Shown: piece after piece, positions 17,464 through 27,055 of the stretch
Layout of the letters: every line of letters starts with the position of its first letter
Position numbering within the stretch: the first letter of the stretch is position 1
IMG/VR virus record: IMGVR_UViG_3300011338_000704
Coordinates: 1-46,979 of that record
Direction: 5' to 3' (one strand)
Origin: a virus
Taxonomy: Duplodnaviria; Caudoviricetes
Length of the DNA: 46,979 nucleotides
Notes under the pieces: model-generated
What the model saw: the letters and a program-made list of their open reading frames with translations, nothing else
Told to the model about the DNA's origin: nothing
Databases searched by the model: none
Translations under genes and position numbers: made by a program

Positions 17464-18146
17464 CAGTACCCCCGGCCGAGCAGGGCGATCAGGCTCGGGT
17501 CATAGCCCTGACGGGCCGCCACGCTCTCGGGGATGAACTCGCCGTAGGTCTGCGGGCGGGCGTTGTTGTTGAGGGTGACCGCCTCCGACCGCTTCACCTC
17601 AGCCTCGGCGGCCAGGTTGTCGCGGATCGAGCGATCCTGCTTCAGGGGCATGGCCAGCCGGGCGGCCAGCGTCAGCACCAGCGCCCGGCCGAACAGCGCC
17701 GAGGCGTAGGTCAGGGCCTCGCTGGAGCCGATGTATTCGAGGGTCGCATCGGAGGCGTTCGTGAACAGGACGCCGCCCGCCAGATCGTAGGGTAGGCCCA
17801 CGTCGTCGGTCGCGCCCAGCCCCGCCACCAGGCGCTGACCGGCCATCGGGATCGCCGGGTTCGCCGTGTCGGTCAGCGACATGATCCGCACCGGCAGGGC
17901 GACGTCGTTGGGCAGGGCGTAGGCGTAGCCCCACTCGGTCTCGCGGGTGTTGGTCACCTCGGCCAGCAGCTCGCGCTTGCGGGCAAAGCCCCACTCGGCC
18001 CGCTCGGCCTCCTCGGCCAGCACCACGGGGTAGTGGCGGCGGGCGGCCTTGGCCTGGAGCGTGTTCTCCGACCAGGCCGTGATCTGGGCGAAGGGCAGCT
18101 CGTCGAGGGCGAGGTTGGCGACCTCGGTGGGGGTCCAGAGCAGCAT
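17463..18146 (-). CDS. Tail tubular protein A/adaptor
   Basis: EVANLAL, WGFARKR, WGYAYALPND and LAARLAMPL motifs. Confidence 0.85.
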   Translation of the reverse strand: MLLWTPTEVANLALDELPFAQITAWSENTLQAKAARRHYPVVLAEEAERAEWGFARKRELLAEVTNTRETEWGYAYALPNDVALPVRIMSLTDTANPAIPMAGQRLVAGLGATDDVGLPYDLAGGVLFTNASDATLEYIGSSEALTYASALFGRALVLTLAARLAMPLKQDRSIRDNLAAEAEVKRSEAVTLNNNARPQTYGEFIPESVAARQGYDPSLIALLGRGY

Positions 18147-18793
18147 CAGCCCGCCTTGAAGTGAAGGATCGCGTTCGCCGTGCCGGTGGCCTCGGTGAAG
18201 CTTTCCGACGTCATGTTCGGCCAGGCCCCGTAAGTCTTGGCGCAGGCCACGGTGAAGGCGGCGGTCGTCGAGGCGCTGTTGACGGTCGCCTCGGTAGCGG
18301 AGCCGATAAGCTGGGGCGCACCCCCGCTGGCGGCGGTTTGGGTGCGGCAGACGACCGTGGAATTATCCGCCCACACACATTGCCAGTAGACGCCCGGCTG
18401 AAGCGTTACGCTGGTCTCGGCGATGGCTGCGGAGACGATTGTCGCGGTGCCGGTGGAGAGGTTGCCAGTGCTGGCGAGGGCCGCCCCGGTCGGGCGACCC
18501 GTGGCCGCGTTGTTGGCGTAGATCGCGCACTTCAGATTGCCCGCCGCCGCCAGCGTCGTGATCCGCACGCCGAGGTTCGTAATGGTCACCGGCTGGGGGA
18601 TCACAAGGGGCAGGCAGCGGATGCTGTCGATGACCAGCGCGATGCCCGCCGCCGCGCTGCTGTTCATGGGAATATACCAGTTGCCCGCGATGTAGCCGGG
18701 GTGGCGACCGCCATACAGGTCGCCAAACATGGTGTTGAGGGCCGAGCGAACACCCGCCCCGTCCTGTCCGTTGGTGATGGTGCTCTTGGCCAT
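18146..18793 (-). CDS. Putative virion fibre/decoration protein
   Basis: N-terminal NGQDGAGVRSALNTMFGDLY; Thr/Ala beta-rich; inside the structural operon. Confidence 0.55.
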   Translation of the reverse strand: MAKSTITNGQDGAGVRSALNTMFGDLYGGRHPGYIAGNWYIPMNSSAAAGIALVIDSIRCLPLVIPQPVTITNLGVRITTLAAAGNLKCAIYANNAATGRPTGAALASTGNLSTGTATIVSAAIAETSVTLQPGVYWQCVWADNSTVVCRTQTAASGGAPQLIGSATEATVNSASTTAAFTVACAKTYGAWPNMTSESFTEATGTANAILHFKAG

Positions 18794-18795
18794 TG

Positions 18796-18942
18796 TCAGT
18801 CGATCCAGATTGCGGCGTCGTCCCAGACGCCTGTGTCATCCCACGCCCCGGCCGCCAGTATCCAGTCACCCGCTGGAGGCGCGCTGGGAGCGTCGAGAAC
18901 CACCTCGCCGAACGTCCCGATCAGGCCCGGCGCGTTGAGCAT
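18796..18942 (-). CDS. Small 48-aa Trp/Asp-rich protein (not in ORF track)
   Basis: MLNAPGLIGTFGEVVLDAPSAPPAGDWILAAGAWDDTGVWDDAAIWID; TGATG coupling to the upstream gene. Confidence 0.65.
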   Translation of the reverse strand: MLNAPGLIGTFGEVVLDAPSAPPAGDWILAAGAWDDTGVWDDAAIWID

Positions 18943-19262
18943 CAGTCGGTCACCACGATCAGGATGGCGACGTTGGCGTCGGTGGCCCCGGCGCGAATGA
19001 CGGAGATGTACTCGCCGCTGGTGATCTGGAGGTGGAACGGCAGCCCGGCGGGGAGATAGAAGCCGCCGATATCCTCGGCCTCGACGGTGACGTCGCCGAC
19101 CTTGAAGTAGATGGGCTGGTCGCCGCTGATGGCGACCTCATGCGCGTCGATGGGGCCGAGCCGCGTGGCGGTCACACCGGCCTGGTCACCGAACAGGCTG
19201 GCCGCCCAGTCGTAACGCCGTGTGCCCCGGCTGGGATCGAAGTTGAGACTGCCGGTTGCCAT
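18942..19262 (-). CDS. Putative virion structural protein
   Basis: 106 aa, beta-rich, GGAG SD, inside the structural operon. Confidence 0.65.
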   Translation of the reverse strand: MATGSLNFDPSRGTRRYDWAASLFGDQAGVTATRLGPIDAHEVAISGDQPIYFKVGDVTVEAEDIGGFYLPAGLPFHLQITSGEYISVIRAGATDANVAILIVVTD

Positions 19263-19276
19263 GACGGGCTCCACAG

Positions 19277-19304
19277 AAAAGGGCGGGGATCGCTCCCCGC
19301 CCTT
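19277..19304 (-). terminator. Intrinsic terminator
   Basis: 9-bp stem GGGCGGGGA/TCCCCGCCC, GCGA loop, followed by TTTT on the minus strand. Confidence 0.75.
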
Positions 19305-19327
19305 CCTGCATCAATTCGAGGCTGTTG

Positions 19328-19798
19328 TCAGCCCTTGAGGCGGTGGTCCGTCAGCAGCGTCTGGAGCGCCGCCTTGTTGGCGTCGGTCTCGAAGGCGACA
19401 CCGGCCGCAGTCAGCTCATCCTTCAGCTTGGCCACGGTGTAGCCGCTGATCTCGTCGACCACGGCCTGGCGGGTTTCGTCGGCGGCGGGGGCGTCGTCGG
19501 GCTCATCCTCGACCACCGGCTGGGCGGCGGCGGGCGAGCCCATCATGGCGAAGGTGCCGTTGGCGAGCGGGACCAGCCACTGGCCGTCCATCGCCTGCAC
19601 GGAACCGGCCGGGACGCCAGCAGGAACCGGGGCAGCGGCAGGCGCGGCGGAGGGGGCGACAGGCTCCCAGCCTTCGCCGTGGTCGCGGGTCATGGCGCGC
19701 TCGCCGGGGCGGCAGAAGATGCTCTCGGTCGTGAACTTGGGCCGGGGGCCGGTGTTCTCCTTGAGGGAGGGGGCGGCGTCCGGAGTGTAGTTGGCCAT
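19328..19798 (-). CDS. Hypothetical protein with C-terminal HeH/LEM-like domain
   Basis: C-terminal TVAKLKDELTAAGVAFETDANKAALQTLL; located after the capsid genes. Confidence 0.7.
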   Translation of the reverse strand: MANYTPDAAPSLKENTGPRPKFTTESIFCRPGERAMTRDHGEGWEPVAPSAAPAAAPVPAGVPAGSVQAMDGQWLVPLANGTFAMMGSPAAAQPVVEDEPDDAPAADETRQAVVDEISGYTVAKLKDELTAAGVAFETDANKAALQTLLTDHRLKG

Positions 19799-19843
19799 TT
19801 CAGTGGCGTCCTTGTGGCTTGTTGTCTGCGGGAGAACGCATCA

Positions 19844-19865
19844 GGGCGGGGATTGCTCCCCGCCC
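19844..19865 (-). promoter_or_regulatory. Hairpin with the same stem as the 19277 terminator, no U-tract
   Basis: GGGCGGGGA-GCAA-TCCCCGCCC on the minus strand. Confidence 0.55.
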
Positions 19866-19876
19866 GTCCGCGCCGG

Positions 19877-20314
19877 TTAGATGCCGGTCCAGCCGATGCG
19901 GCGGCCAGGGATGACCGTCTGCACGTTGGCGACCAGCTCGGCGGTGACCGCCCCGGCCGTCATCGGGCCAGTGGCCACGGTGACGCGGAAGCCGATGTAC
20001 CGCTTGGCGGTGGCCGGGATCAGCACGTCCATCACCCGGTAGCCGACGACAAGGGTGGCCTTGCCAATGGCGGCGGTGGTGTAGAGCGACGTGATGCTGG
20101 TCGTCAGGTCGGCGTCGGTGGCCTCGATCAGCTCGAAGGTGGCCGTGGCCGCACCGGCCGCCGTGAAGGCGGTGTCGACGAAGATGACGGCCCGCATGGG
20201 GGTGTCCGCACGCGACAGGTCAATGCCGGTCGCTTGCAGGTCGATGGAGCTGGAGACGGCGGTCACCGTAATGGCGGCGGCGTCCCAGCAGGCGAGAAGT
20301 CTATCGCGGATCAT
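19877..20314 (-). CDS. Capsid cement protein (Bbp16-like)
   Basis: 145-aa jelly-roll pattern (SSSIDL, KRYIGFRVTVATGPMTAGAVTA) directly after the MCP. Confidence 0.8.
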   Translation of the reverse strand: MIRDRLLACWDAAAITVTAVSSSIDLQATGIDLSRADTPMRAVIFVDTAFTAAGAATATFELIEATDADLTTSITSLYTTAAIGKATLVVGYRVMDVLIPATAKRYIGFRVTVATGPMTAGAVTAELVANVQTVIPGRRIGWTGI

Positions 20315-20342
20315 GGTCGGGTTCCTGTGACCAGAGAAGTGT

Positions 20343-20368
20343 CGGCGGCGGGCTCATTCCCGCCGCCG
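20343..20368 (-). terminator. Hairpin after the major capsid gene
   Basis: 10-bp stem CGGCGGCGGG/CCCGCCGCCG; weak U-tract. Confidence 0.5.
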
Positions 20369-20377
20369 TTGCTGGGG

Positions 20378-21418
20378 TTAGACCGTCGAGGTGGTGACGG
20401 CGGCCTCGTCGACTTCGAGGCTGTCCTCGCGGCGGATCGGCACGCCATCGACGTGCATCAGGCGCTGGCCAGCGAACTCGTCGAAGCCGAGCACGCCCGC
20501 CTCCTTCTTCTCCGTGATCTGGTGACGGAGGAAGGTGCGGATGCGCTTGGGCATGTAGATCAGGCCGTTGGAGCCGGTGTCGTCCTGGCGGCGCTCGACC
20601 AGCTCGATCAGCAGGCGGGTCAGCTTGGCCCCGCTGGCCGCGTCGTAGGTCAGCGCCGACACGTCGATGTTCGCCACGCGGATGATGGCGCGCGGGTCTT
20701 CGACGACCAGGCCGCAGTTTTGCTCGTAGTGGTCCCGGTAGCCGAGGTACTCGCGGCTCTGGCTGTCGAGCAGGACGTCGCCGATGGGGTAGCCATCGGG
20801 AGCCTTCGTCATGTTGGTGGTGATATCCATGTGCTGGAGACCGCCGACCGTGCCCTTGGGGAACATGCCGTAGACTTTGTTCGGACCCCAGTCGATGAAG
20901 TAGATCGAGCGGTTGTCCGTGCCGGTGCCGCCGCCGTCGATGATCTGGTCGGCGAAAGCGCCGTCCAGGTCGTTGTAGCGGGGGGCGAAGCCGGTGAACT
21001 TCGACTGGTCGACCCGGCTGTCGCCGTAGAAGACGGTCGTGGCCAGCTCCTTGCCCATCGCCTCGATGAAAGGGCGGGCCTGGTTGAGGCGGAACTTGGC
21101 GGGGTCTTGAGCGAGGATCGCCACCTTGCGGTCGACGGCGCTCATGGCCTCCAGTTGCGCGGCTTCCTCGTCCATTTGCGCGCTGGTCGACTTGCTGCGA
21201 GGCACGCCCTCGTTGAGGCGACGCCAGTAGACGGTCGGCTCCGAGACGCGCTGGCTGGTCCGGTGGCCGGTGACCAGGTTGCCCTCGTAGAAGGGCATGT
21301 CGGTCAGGATCGGCTTCTTGGTTTCGAGGATTTCGGCGATGGTCGCCTGCGTGCCGTCAGGGGCAAGCGCGCGAACAGCGTCGAGCAGGGTCGGCATGGT
21401 GGCGTCGAGCGCGGCCAT
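20378..21418 (-). CDS. Major capsid protein (BPP-1/epsilon15 type)
   Basis: PTLLD, EGNLVTGH, WRRLNEGV, FTGFAPRYN, GTDNRSIY and GVPIRRED motifs. Confidence 0.92.
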   Translation of the reverse strand: MAALDATMPTLLDAVRALAPDGTQATIAEILETKKPILTDMPFYEGNLVTGHRTSQRVSEPTVYWRRLNEGVPRSKSTSAQMDEEAAQLEAMSAVDRKVAILAQDPAKFRLNQARPFIEAMGKELATTVFYGDSRVDQSKFTGFAPRYNDLDGAFADQIIDGGGTGTDNRSIYFIDWGPNKVYGMFPKGTVGGLQHMDITTNMTKAPDGYPIGDVLLDSQSREYLGYRDHYEQNCGLVVEDPRAIIRVANIDVSALTYDAASGAKLTRLLIELVERRQDDTGSNGLIYMPKRIRTFLRHQITEKKEAGVLGFDEFAGQRLMHVDGVPIRREDSLEVDEAAVTTSTV

Positions 21419-21503
21419 AGGTCTTCTCCACTAGACCCACCGGGATGGTGGGGTTTCAAGTCTGGCCTAGCCGCTTCGCCCCGGCTGGGATCGGTTGGTG
21501 GCG

Positions 21504-22292
21504 TCAGCTCTTGGGAGCGAACGCCGGGAACATCTTGTGAGCAGGATCGACGGCCTGCTTGTGCTGGGCCGCCGGGGGCTCAACGCTGTCTTCAGCCACC
21601 GCCTTCCCGACCAGCGCCATGAGGCGCACCAGGTCGGGGTGGTTGGCCATGCCGTTCTCGCGGAGATCGGCCGTCAGGCGCGGGGTGCCGAACTGGGCCA
21701 GCGTGCGCTCGGCCAGGGCCATGTTGGCCGCGAACTCCTTGACGTTGCCGCCGCCCAGATCGGGGTGGGCACGCGCCTCGTCGCGCCATTCCTTGACGCG
21801 GGCGCTGTGGGTCTCCAGCGCCTGCGCGAAGGCCTGATGCACCAGGCGCTCGCCGAGCTGCGTGTAGAGGGTCACCGCCTCCTGAACCTGGCCCTGCGTC
21901 TTCAGGCCGAGCTTCTCCAGCACCGGCTTGGCCAGCTCGACCGCCTCGGTGTCGAGGCCCTCGAAGCCATCGGGCAGGGTCAGCTTGGTGAAGTCCGCAG
22001 GCTCGTCATCGCCAGGCGCGGCGGCGTCCTTGTCAGCGTCGGGCTCGCCCTCGCCGTCGGCCGGGGCGGCGTCAGCGGCGGGCTCACCGTCCGGGGCCTT
22101 GCCGCCGATCAGGTCGTCGGGATCATAGCCGTCGTCAGTCAGCGCCGCGTCGGCGGGCGCGTCACCGGCCGGGGCTTCACCTTCGGGAGCGGCGGCAGGT
22201 TCAGCGGCGGCATCGGCGGCAGGGGCCGCTGCGCCTTCATCGCTGGGGCTCGCGGTCATCCGGTTCATATGGGTCAGGGTACGGATCAGCAT
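21504..22292 (-). CDS. Capsid scaffolding protein
   Basis: Acidic Ala/Pro N-terminus; HPDLGG and GMANHPDLVRLMALVGKAVAED motifs; directly upstream of the MCP. Confidence 0.82.
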   Translation of the reverse strand: MLIRTLTHMNRMTASPSDEGAAAPAADAAAEPAAAPEGEAPAGDAPADAALTDDGYDPDDLIGGKAPDGEPAADAAPADGEGEPDADKDAAAPGDDEPADFTKLTLPDGFEGLDTEAVELAKPVLEKLGLKTQGQVQEAVTLYTQLGERLVHQAFAQALETHSARVKEWRDEARAHPDLGGGNVKEFAANMALAERTLAQFGTPRLTADLRENGMANHPDLVRLMALVGKAVAEDSVEPPAAQHKQAVDPAHKMFPAFAPKS

Positions 22293-22596
22293 TGGGGTCT
22301 CCTTCGATCTGCTGGGAAGCCTCGCGTGCCCATCTCAAGCGTTCCTGCTCAAGGATGACGGCGGCCTCCGGGTCTACACCCAGAAGCAGGAGGCGAATGT
22401 CTATTCCCAGCGATCTGCGGCCCTCCATAAAGGAGGTGCCGTCAGGCGATCCCTGCACGAACGTAGAGCCGTCCATGCCAGACGCCTCGAAGATCGTCAA
22501 CACGAACCGCTGGAAGGCCGGGGTCTGGAGGAGGGTAGCCACCCGCTCGCGCTGGGCGCGGTTGAGGGCGGCGGCGACGCTCTTGGGCTTGGCCAT
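22237..22596 (-). CDS. Bbp19-like protein
   Basis: FMEGRRSLG motif, between portal and scaffold. Confidence 0.72.
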   Translation of the reverse strand: MAKPKSVAAALNRAQRERVATLLQTPAFQRFVLTIFEASGMDGSTFVQGSPDGTSFMEGRRSLGIDIRLLLLGVDPEAAVILEQERLRWAREASQQIEGDPNADPYPDPYEPDDREPQR

Positions 22597-24338
22597 CAGA
22601 CGGGCAGCAGGCGGCGCAGCAGGCTCTCACCCTCCCCGGTGTCGGTCTCTGACATGAGCCGGGCCGCGTTGGCCACGTCGGCGACGGGCTTGGCGGCGTT
22701 GGCCATCATCTGGGCCTGCTGCTGCTCGGCCCTGGCCTGCCGAAGCTCGGCCACCTGGTCGTCGCTGCGGATGATGTTGGCCGGGATGCCCACGCGGTCG
22801 CTGTACTCGTCGATGGCGGCGTCGGCGTCGAACTTGTCGGCGGCCTCGGGGTAGGCGGCGGCCAGGTTGCCGATGAAGCCAGCGGTGCGCTCGATGGAGC
22901 CTACGCCGATCATGCGCTGCATCTGGGCCAGCACGCCGACGAACTCGATCTCCAGCTCGACGCCCTCGATCTCGTCAGGCGGCGGGGGGATTTCCCCCAT
23001 GCGGGCGAGGATGCCGTAGGCACGGTCGATGGCCGGGCGCAGCATTTCGTTCTGGTTCCGGTCGACCACGGGGCCGAGCTGGCGCAGGGCCTCCTCGTTC
23101 CGGCTGGCGATCTCCTCCAGGTTCCGGGGCTGGACGCCCGGCATGTTGGTGATCGCCATGAACAGGTCGGCGTAGAACAGCCGGTCGACCTCGCCGCGCA
23201 CGTCCTCGATATCGGCGGCCATGTACTGGAGGATTTGCGGGGGCACGGTGAAGATCGGGCTGATCCCGCCCCCGGCCGCGTTGATCGGGACCGTGGTGAC
23301 CGACCGGGGCACAAGGCTGACCTGGCGGTTGCCGAGGCTGGGCGGGGCCTGCAAGGGCGGGCCGTTGACATAGTCGCGGGACTGCGCCCGACGGAGCTGC
23401 TGGAGCTGGAGATCGCGCAGGGCGGGCAGGGCGTCCATGCCGGGCGAGCGGCCATAGGTGTCGCCGCCAGTCACGTCCCAGCGGGGGGCGAAGAAGGGCC
23501 GCTCCTCGAAGCCGCCCACGCTCAGGAAGGTGTTGTCGGGGCCGTCGTGGCTGGTCAGCCAGTAGTAGGAGCGATACGGCTTGTTGAGCTTGTCCATGCG
23601 GCCGAAGACCATCGCGTCGTTCGGCTCGATGTAGTGGGCCACCTCGTAGGTCGTGCCAAGCTTGTTGTCGCGCTTGGCGTCCCGCACCACGCGGGGCAGG
23701 CAGTCCTCGCCGTACTCGGGCACGAACTTCTGATAGAGCTGGCTGACCGTCATGGGCATGAAGCGCAGGAGCCGCTCGGGGTTCAGCTCATGGTCGAGAC
23801 CGATGTGGTAGGTGCCGATGTTGAGGGGGAACAGGACGGCGTCGCTGATCCGGCTCTCGACGAACAGGCTGCACGCGGTGCCGAAGCACCCGAGCTGCAT
23901 GTAGGCGTCCTTGGCCGCGTTGTAGAAGTTGGTCCTCGAGAACAGCGCGTACATGCGCTCCTCGACGAAGCCCAACCAGCCCTTCACGGCCGCGTTCTTT
24001 TTCAGCTCATGGTCACGGACGGTCAGGCGGAACCAGGGGGTGCTGGGCGAGGCCATGCCCTGCTGCATCCCGTTGGCCAGCGTGCGGCTGGCGAGGATGC
24101 CACGGCTGTCCAGCAGCTTGCCGTTCATTTCCCCGCCGCGCCGGGTCGAGGCCGAGACGTTGCCGCCGTTGACGGTGTTGGTCTTGGTCTGCGTCAGGTC
24201 GGACCCCAGGCGCGGCTGCGTGTGCTTGGCGACCTCGTAGAGGTGCGCCCGATAGCCCTCGAACTCACCGCCCAGCTCGGAGGCGATGGTCTTCAGGCGC
24301 TCGCGGGTTGCCCTGGCCTCCTCTGGACGCAGCTTCAT
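22596..24338 (-). CDS. Portal protein (head-to-tail connector)
   Basis: LANGMQQGMASPSTPWFRL, FGTA, PRWDVTGGDTYGRSPGMDAL and LGPVVDR motifs; start set at MKLRP. Confidence 0.93.
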   Translation of the reverse strand: MKLRPEEARATRERLKTIASELGGEFEGYRAHLYEVAKHTQPRLGSDLTQTKTNTVNGGNVSASTRRGGEMNGKLLDSRGILASRTLANGMQQGMASPSTPWFRLTVRDHELKKNAAVKGWLGFVEERMYALFSRTNFYNAAKDAYMQLGCFGTACSLFVESRISDAVLFPLNIGTYHIGLDHELNPERLLRFMPMTVSQLYQKFVPEYGEDCLPRVVRDAKRDNKLGTTYEVAHYIEPNDAMVFGRMDKLNKPYRSYYWLTSHDGPDNTFLSVGGFEERPFFAPRWDVTGGDTYGRSPGMDALPALRDLQLQQLRRAQSRDYVNGPPLQAPPSLGNRQVSLVPRSVTTVPINAAGGGISPIFTVPPQILQYMAADIEDVRGEVDRLFYADLFMAITNMPGVQPRNLEEIASRNEEALRQLGPVVDRNQNEMLRPAIDRAYGILARMGEIPPPPDEIEGVELEIEFVGVLAQMQRMIGVGSIERTAGFIGNLAAAYPEAADKFDADAAIDEYSDRVGIPANIIRSDDQVAELRQARAEQQQAQMMANAAKPVADVANAARLMSETDTGEGESLLRRLLPV

Positions 24339-24339
24339 G

Positions 24340-24519
24340 TCAGGCTCCGAGCAGGGACTTGCCAGCGGTGGCTGGCGGCTGCTGGCTGGTGTTGATCGCC
24401 GTGGCGGCGAAGCCCATGCGGCGCTTGATCGCATCCTGCGCGCGGGAGACGTAGTCCTGCTCGCTCGGGGGCTTGGCGGCGCGGGTGGTGGGGGTGGTCT
24501 TGCCCTTGGGGCTGCACAT
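24340..24519 (-). CDS. Small 59-aa protein upstream of portal (not in ORF track)
   Basis: MCSPKG...RRMGFAATA...AGKSLLGA; this MC.../K.LLG pattern is typical of the pre-portal protein in podoviruses. Confidence 0.75.
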   Translation of the reverse strand: MCSPKGKTTPTTRAAKPPSEQDYVSRAQDAIKRRMGFAATAINTSQQPPATAGKSLLGA

Positions 24520-24698
24520 CAGATCGGCTCCAGACGGAAGACGCCGGGGCGCACCTCGACGGCCTTGAAGTCACCCTCCGGGTGGTGGCTCATGTTCGCG
24601 GGCGGATCGGCGGGCATGTCGACGGCCTGCGCCAGCGGCGCGCACGTCAGCAGGGCCGTGGTCGACAGCAGCAGAAAGCGGGTGGAGGGGGCGCGCAT
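24519..24698 (-). CDS. Small 59-aa protein with signal-peptide-like N-terminus (not in ORF track)
   Basis: MRAPSTRFLLLSTTALLTCAPLAQA-VDMP...; TGATG coupling on both sides. Confidence 0.6.
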   Translation of the reverse strand: MRAPSTRFLLLSTTALLTCAPLAQAVDMPADPPANMSHHPEGDFKAVEVRPGVFRLEPI

Positions 24699-25162
24699 CA
24701 GACGGCCTCGCTGGCGTAGAGCTTGCGGGTGCCGCCGAAGCCCCGGTCGGCCACGACCTTGTCGCGCGATGGGGGCTTGGGGGTGCCGAGGGCCGAGACT
24801 TCGGTCAGGCCCTTATAGTGCTCGGCGGGATAGAACGTGGTCGACGCCGTCTCGCCGATCATGGCCGTCCAGAAGGCACGGCTGGCGGCTAGTCGCGCAT
24901 CAGGGTCCGCGACAGTCGGGTCGATGGTCGGGTGGTCGAGGATCGCCTGTATCGCGGGTGCCCGACGGTTGAGCCGGGCCATGCGCTCGTCGCGCGCGGC
25001 CTGCCGGGCGGTCGCCTCGCTCGTCATGGCGCGGACGCTCGCGCTGGTATCCATCGGCGAGCACATGACAGTCCCCCTCTCGATCTGCACCCACCGGCCA
25101 GAGGCGTCCTGCGCCCAGGCGGTGGTGACGTTGGCGGTCAGGCGCTTCTCGTCATCGGTCAT
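24698..25162 (-). CDS. Hypothetical protein
   Basis: MTDDEKRL start coupled (TGATG) to the upstream ORF. Confidence 0.6.
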   Translation of the reverse strand: MTDDEKRLTANVTTAWAQDASGRWVQIERGTVMCSPMDTSASVRAMTSEATARQAARDERMARLNRRAPAIQAILDHPTIDPTVADPDARLAASRAFWTAMIGETASTTFYPAEHYKGLTEVSALGTPKPPSRDKVVADRGFGGTRKLYASEAV

Positions 25163-25374
25163 CAGACGCCCCCCGGCCCGTAGCCCTTGGCGCGCAGCTC
25201 CATCCCATCGGGGACCACGGTGCCCTTCTTCACGGCAGCGTCGAGCTTGCCCTTGTACTTGTTGCCCTGCCGATCCCAGGCGCGGCCCAGCATCCCCGAC
25301 AGGCTGTACTGGTGCTTCCGGGGGTCCAGGTCGGTGCCCGACATGGGGTTGAACAGCTTGTTGTTCGTACACAT
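25162..25374 (-). CDS. Hypothetical protein
   Basis: 70 aa, GAGG SD, normal codon usage. Confidence 0.6.
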   Translation of the reverse strand: MCTNNKLFNPMSGTDLDPRKHQYSLSGMLGRAWDRQGNKYKGKLDAAVKKGTVVPDGMELRAKGYGPGGV

Positions 25375-25383
25375 AGGCCGCCC

Positions 25384-26952
25384 TCACAGGTCGCGGTGAA
25401 CGTCGTAATCGGCGACGACTTGCACATGCGTTACACCGCTTCCCCGGTCTTGTGAACCGGGCAGCAGGGAAGCCATCGGGGGCTCGACGTGCATGAAGAA
25501 CGTCAGGGCCAGGGCGTCGGCGTAGTCGGGGCTCGTCGCGCCGTCCCGCTTCTTCATGTCCTGCTTGCGCTCCAGCCTGATCCGGCCGTGGGGGTCGTGG
25601 TCATACAGGCGGCCGATCAGGTCGGCGCGGACACGCTGGCCGATGACGTCGGTGCCTGGCCCCTTGTCGCCCTGCGGCAGGCAGGCGGGGCCTCTCAACC
25701 ACTCGCGCATGTCGGTCCACATGCGGTCGACCACAAAGGCTGTATCGGCCTGTATGCCGTTCATCAGGCTCATGCCGCCCTTCTCGCCGAACTGGACCGG
25801 CACGACACCGGGGATATTCAGCTCCACCAGGCGGTCGTAGACGCCCCAGCCGATCCCGGTCACGTCGATGAAGATGGCCACGGGTCGCTCTGCGGGGGGC
25901 GTCTGGGACCACTCGGCGGCCACGGCGGCGGCGAGCTGCATCAGGTCGGCGATATCCCAGGCCTTCCACGGGAAGGTGCGAGCGTCCCGCCCACGGCGCT
26001 TCGCCAGCACACTCTGGTCGTCACCGTGGCGGGCGACGTCCAGGCCCCAGACCATCGCCTCATGGCTGACGTATCCCACCTCCCTCGTCTGGGCCGCGTC
26101 CACCAGGTCTTCGGGGATGAACTGCATCGCACTGGCCCGAGGGAACAGGCCCCGCACACGGACGCGGAAGTAGTCGCTGTCCTCGCCGTAGACCGAGGCC
26201 CACTCGGCCAGCTCCTCCTTGTTCGTGCGCCTGACGTTGCGGCTGTCGATCCGCCGGGTCAGCCACCGCTTCCGGTGCCGCCCCTCGAAGACCTCCTTGA
26301 ACTCCCCGGTGTTGGTAATGGGGTTCCCGAAGGCGAACCACAGAATGTAGGTGTCCTTATCGGTCGTCGCCCCGGCCACGGTCTCCCAGATCACGCGGGG
26401 AATGTTGGACGCCTCGTCCATGATGATGATGACGAGCGAGCCGTAGTTGTGCAGGCCAGCGAAGGCGGCGGGGTTCTTCTCGCTCCACGGGATGGCGTCG
26501 ACCCGCCAGTTTTTCTCATGCCCCGGCTCGTTGAGGTGGATGCTGGTGGCCGTCCACTTCCACAGGCCCTTCACGAAGTCCGGGGCCATCTGGAACCACT
26601 TGTTGACCTCGGCCCACAGGGTGGTGCGGAGCTGGCTGTCGGTGTTGGCCGTAACCCGGCCGCGCACGTTGGGCCAGGTCTTCACGGCCCAGTCGCACAG
26701 CCAGGCCACCATCGTCGACTTGCCGATGCCGTGGCCGCTGACCACGCCGAAGCGGTAGACGCCGGGGCCTTGCTTCAGGGCCTCGCCGACGTCCTCCAGC
26801 AAGCCCTCCTGCCAGTCGTCTGGGCCGTCGTCTCGCTCCAGTGGGCCGCCCTCGACGCCCCACGGGTAGGCCCAGGCCACGTACCCGCTTGGGTCCAGCC
26901 TGAAGGTGGCCAGCTTCTGGGCGAGGGCGCGCTTGGCTTCGGCAGGGGTCAT
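25384..26952 (-). CDS. terL: Terminase large subunit
   Basis: Walker A SGHGIGKST, Walker B IIMDEAS, GNP motif, RNase H-like GLDVARHGDD and SPDYADALALTF. Confidence 0.96.
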   Translation of the reverse strand: MTPAEAKRALAQKLATFRLDPSGYVAWAYPWGVEGGPLERDDGPDDWQEGLLEDVGEALKQGPGVYRFGVVSGHGIGKSTMVAWLCDWAVKTWPNVRGRVTANTDSQLRTTLWAEVNKWFQMAPDFVKGLWKWTATSIHLNEPGHEKNWRVDAIPWSEKNPAAFAGLHNYGSLVIIIMDEASNIPRVIWETVAGATTDKDTYILWFAFGNPITNTGEFKEVFEGRHRKRWLTRRIDSRNVRRTNKEELAEWASVYGEDSDYFRVRVRGLFPRASAMQFIPEDLVDAAQTREVGYVSHEAMVWGLDVARHGDDQSVLAKRRGRDARTFPWKAWDIADLMQLAAAVAAEWSQTPPAERPVAIFIDVTGIGWGVYDRLVELNIPGVVPVQFGEKGGMSLMNGIQADTAFVVDRMWTDMREWLRGPACLPQGDKGPGTDVIGQRVRADLIGRLYDHDPHGRIRLERKQDMKKRDGATSPDYADALALTFFMHVEPPMASLLPGSQDRGSGVTHVQVVADYDVHRDL

Positions 26953-26968
26953 GCACCCCTTGGACACC

Positions 26969-27002
26969 AAAGACCCCGCCGAGCGCAAGCTGGGCGGGGT
27001 CT
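26969..27002 (-). terminator. Terminator-like hairpin immediately upstream of terL
   Basis: AGACCCCGCC...GGCGGGGTCT stem followed by TTT on the minus strand. Confidence 0.6.
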
Positions 27003-27055
27003 AAGGATCACGGCGAGGGGCGTCGCCGCTCTCGGGGGGGTGTCGCTATGTGGCC

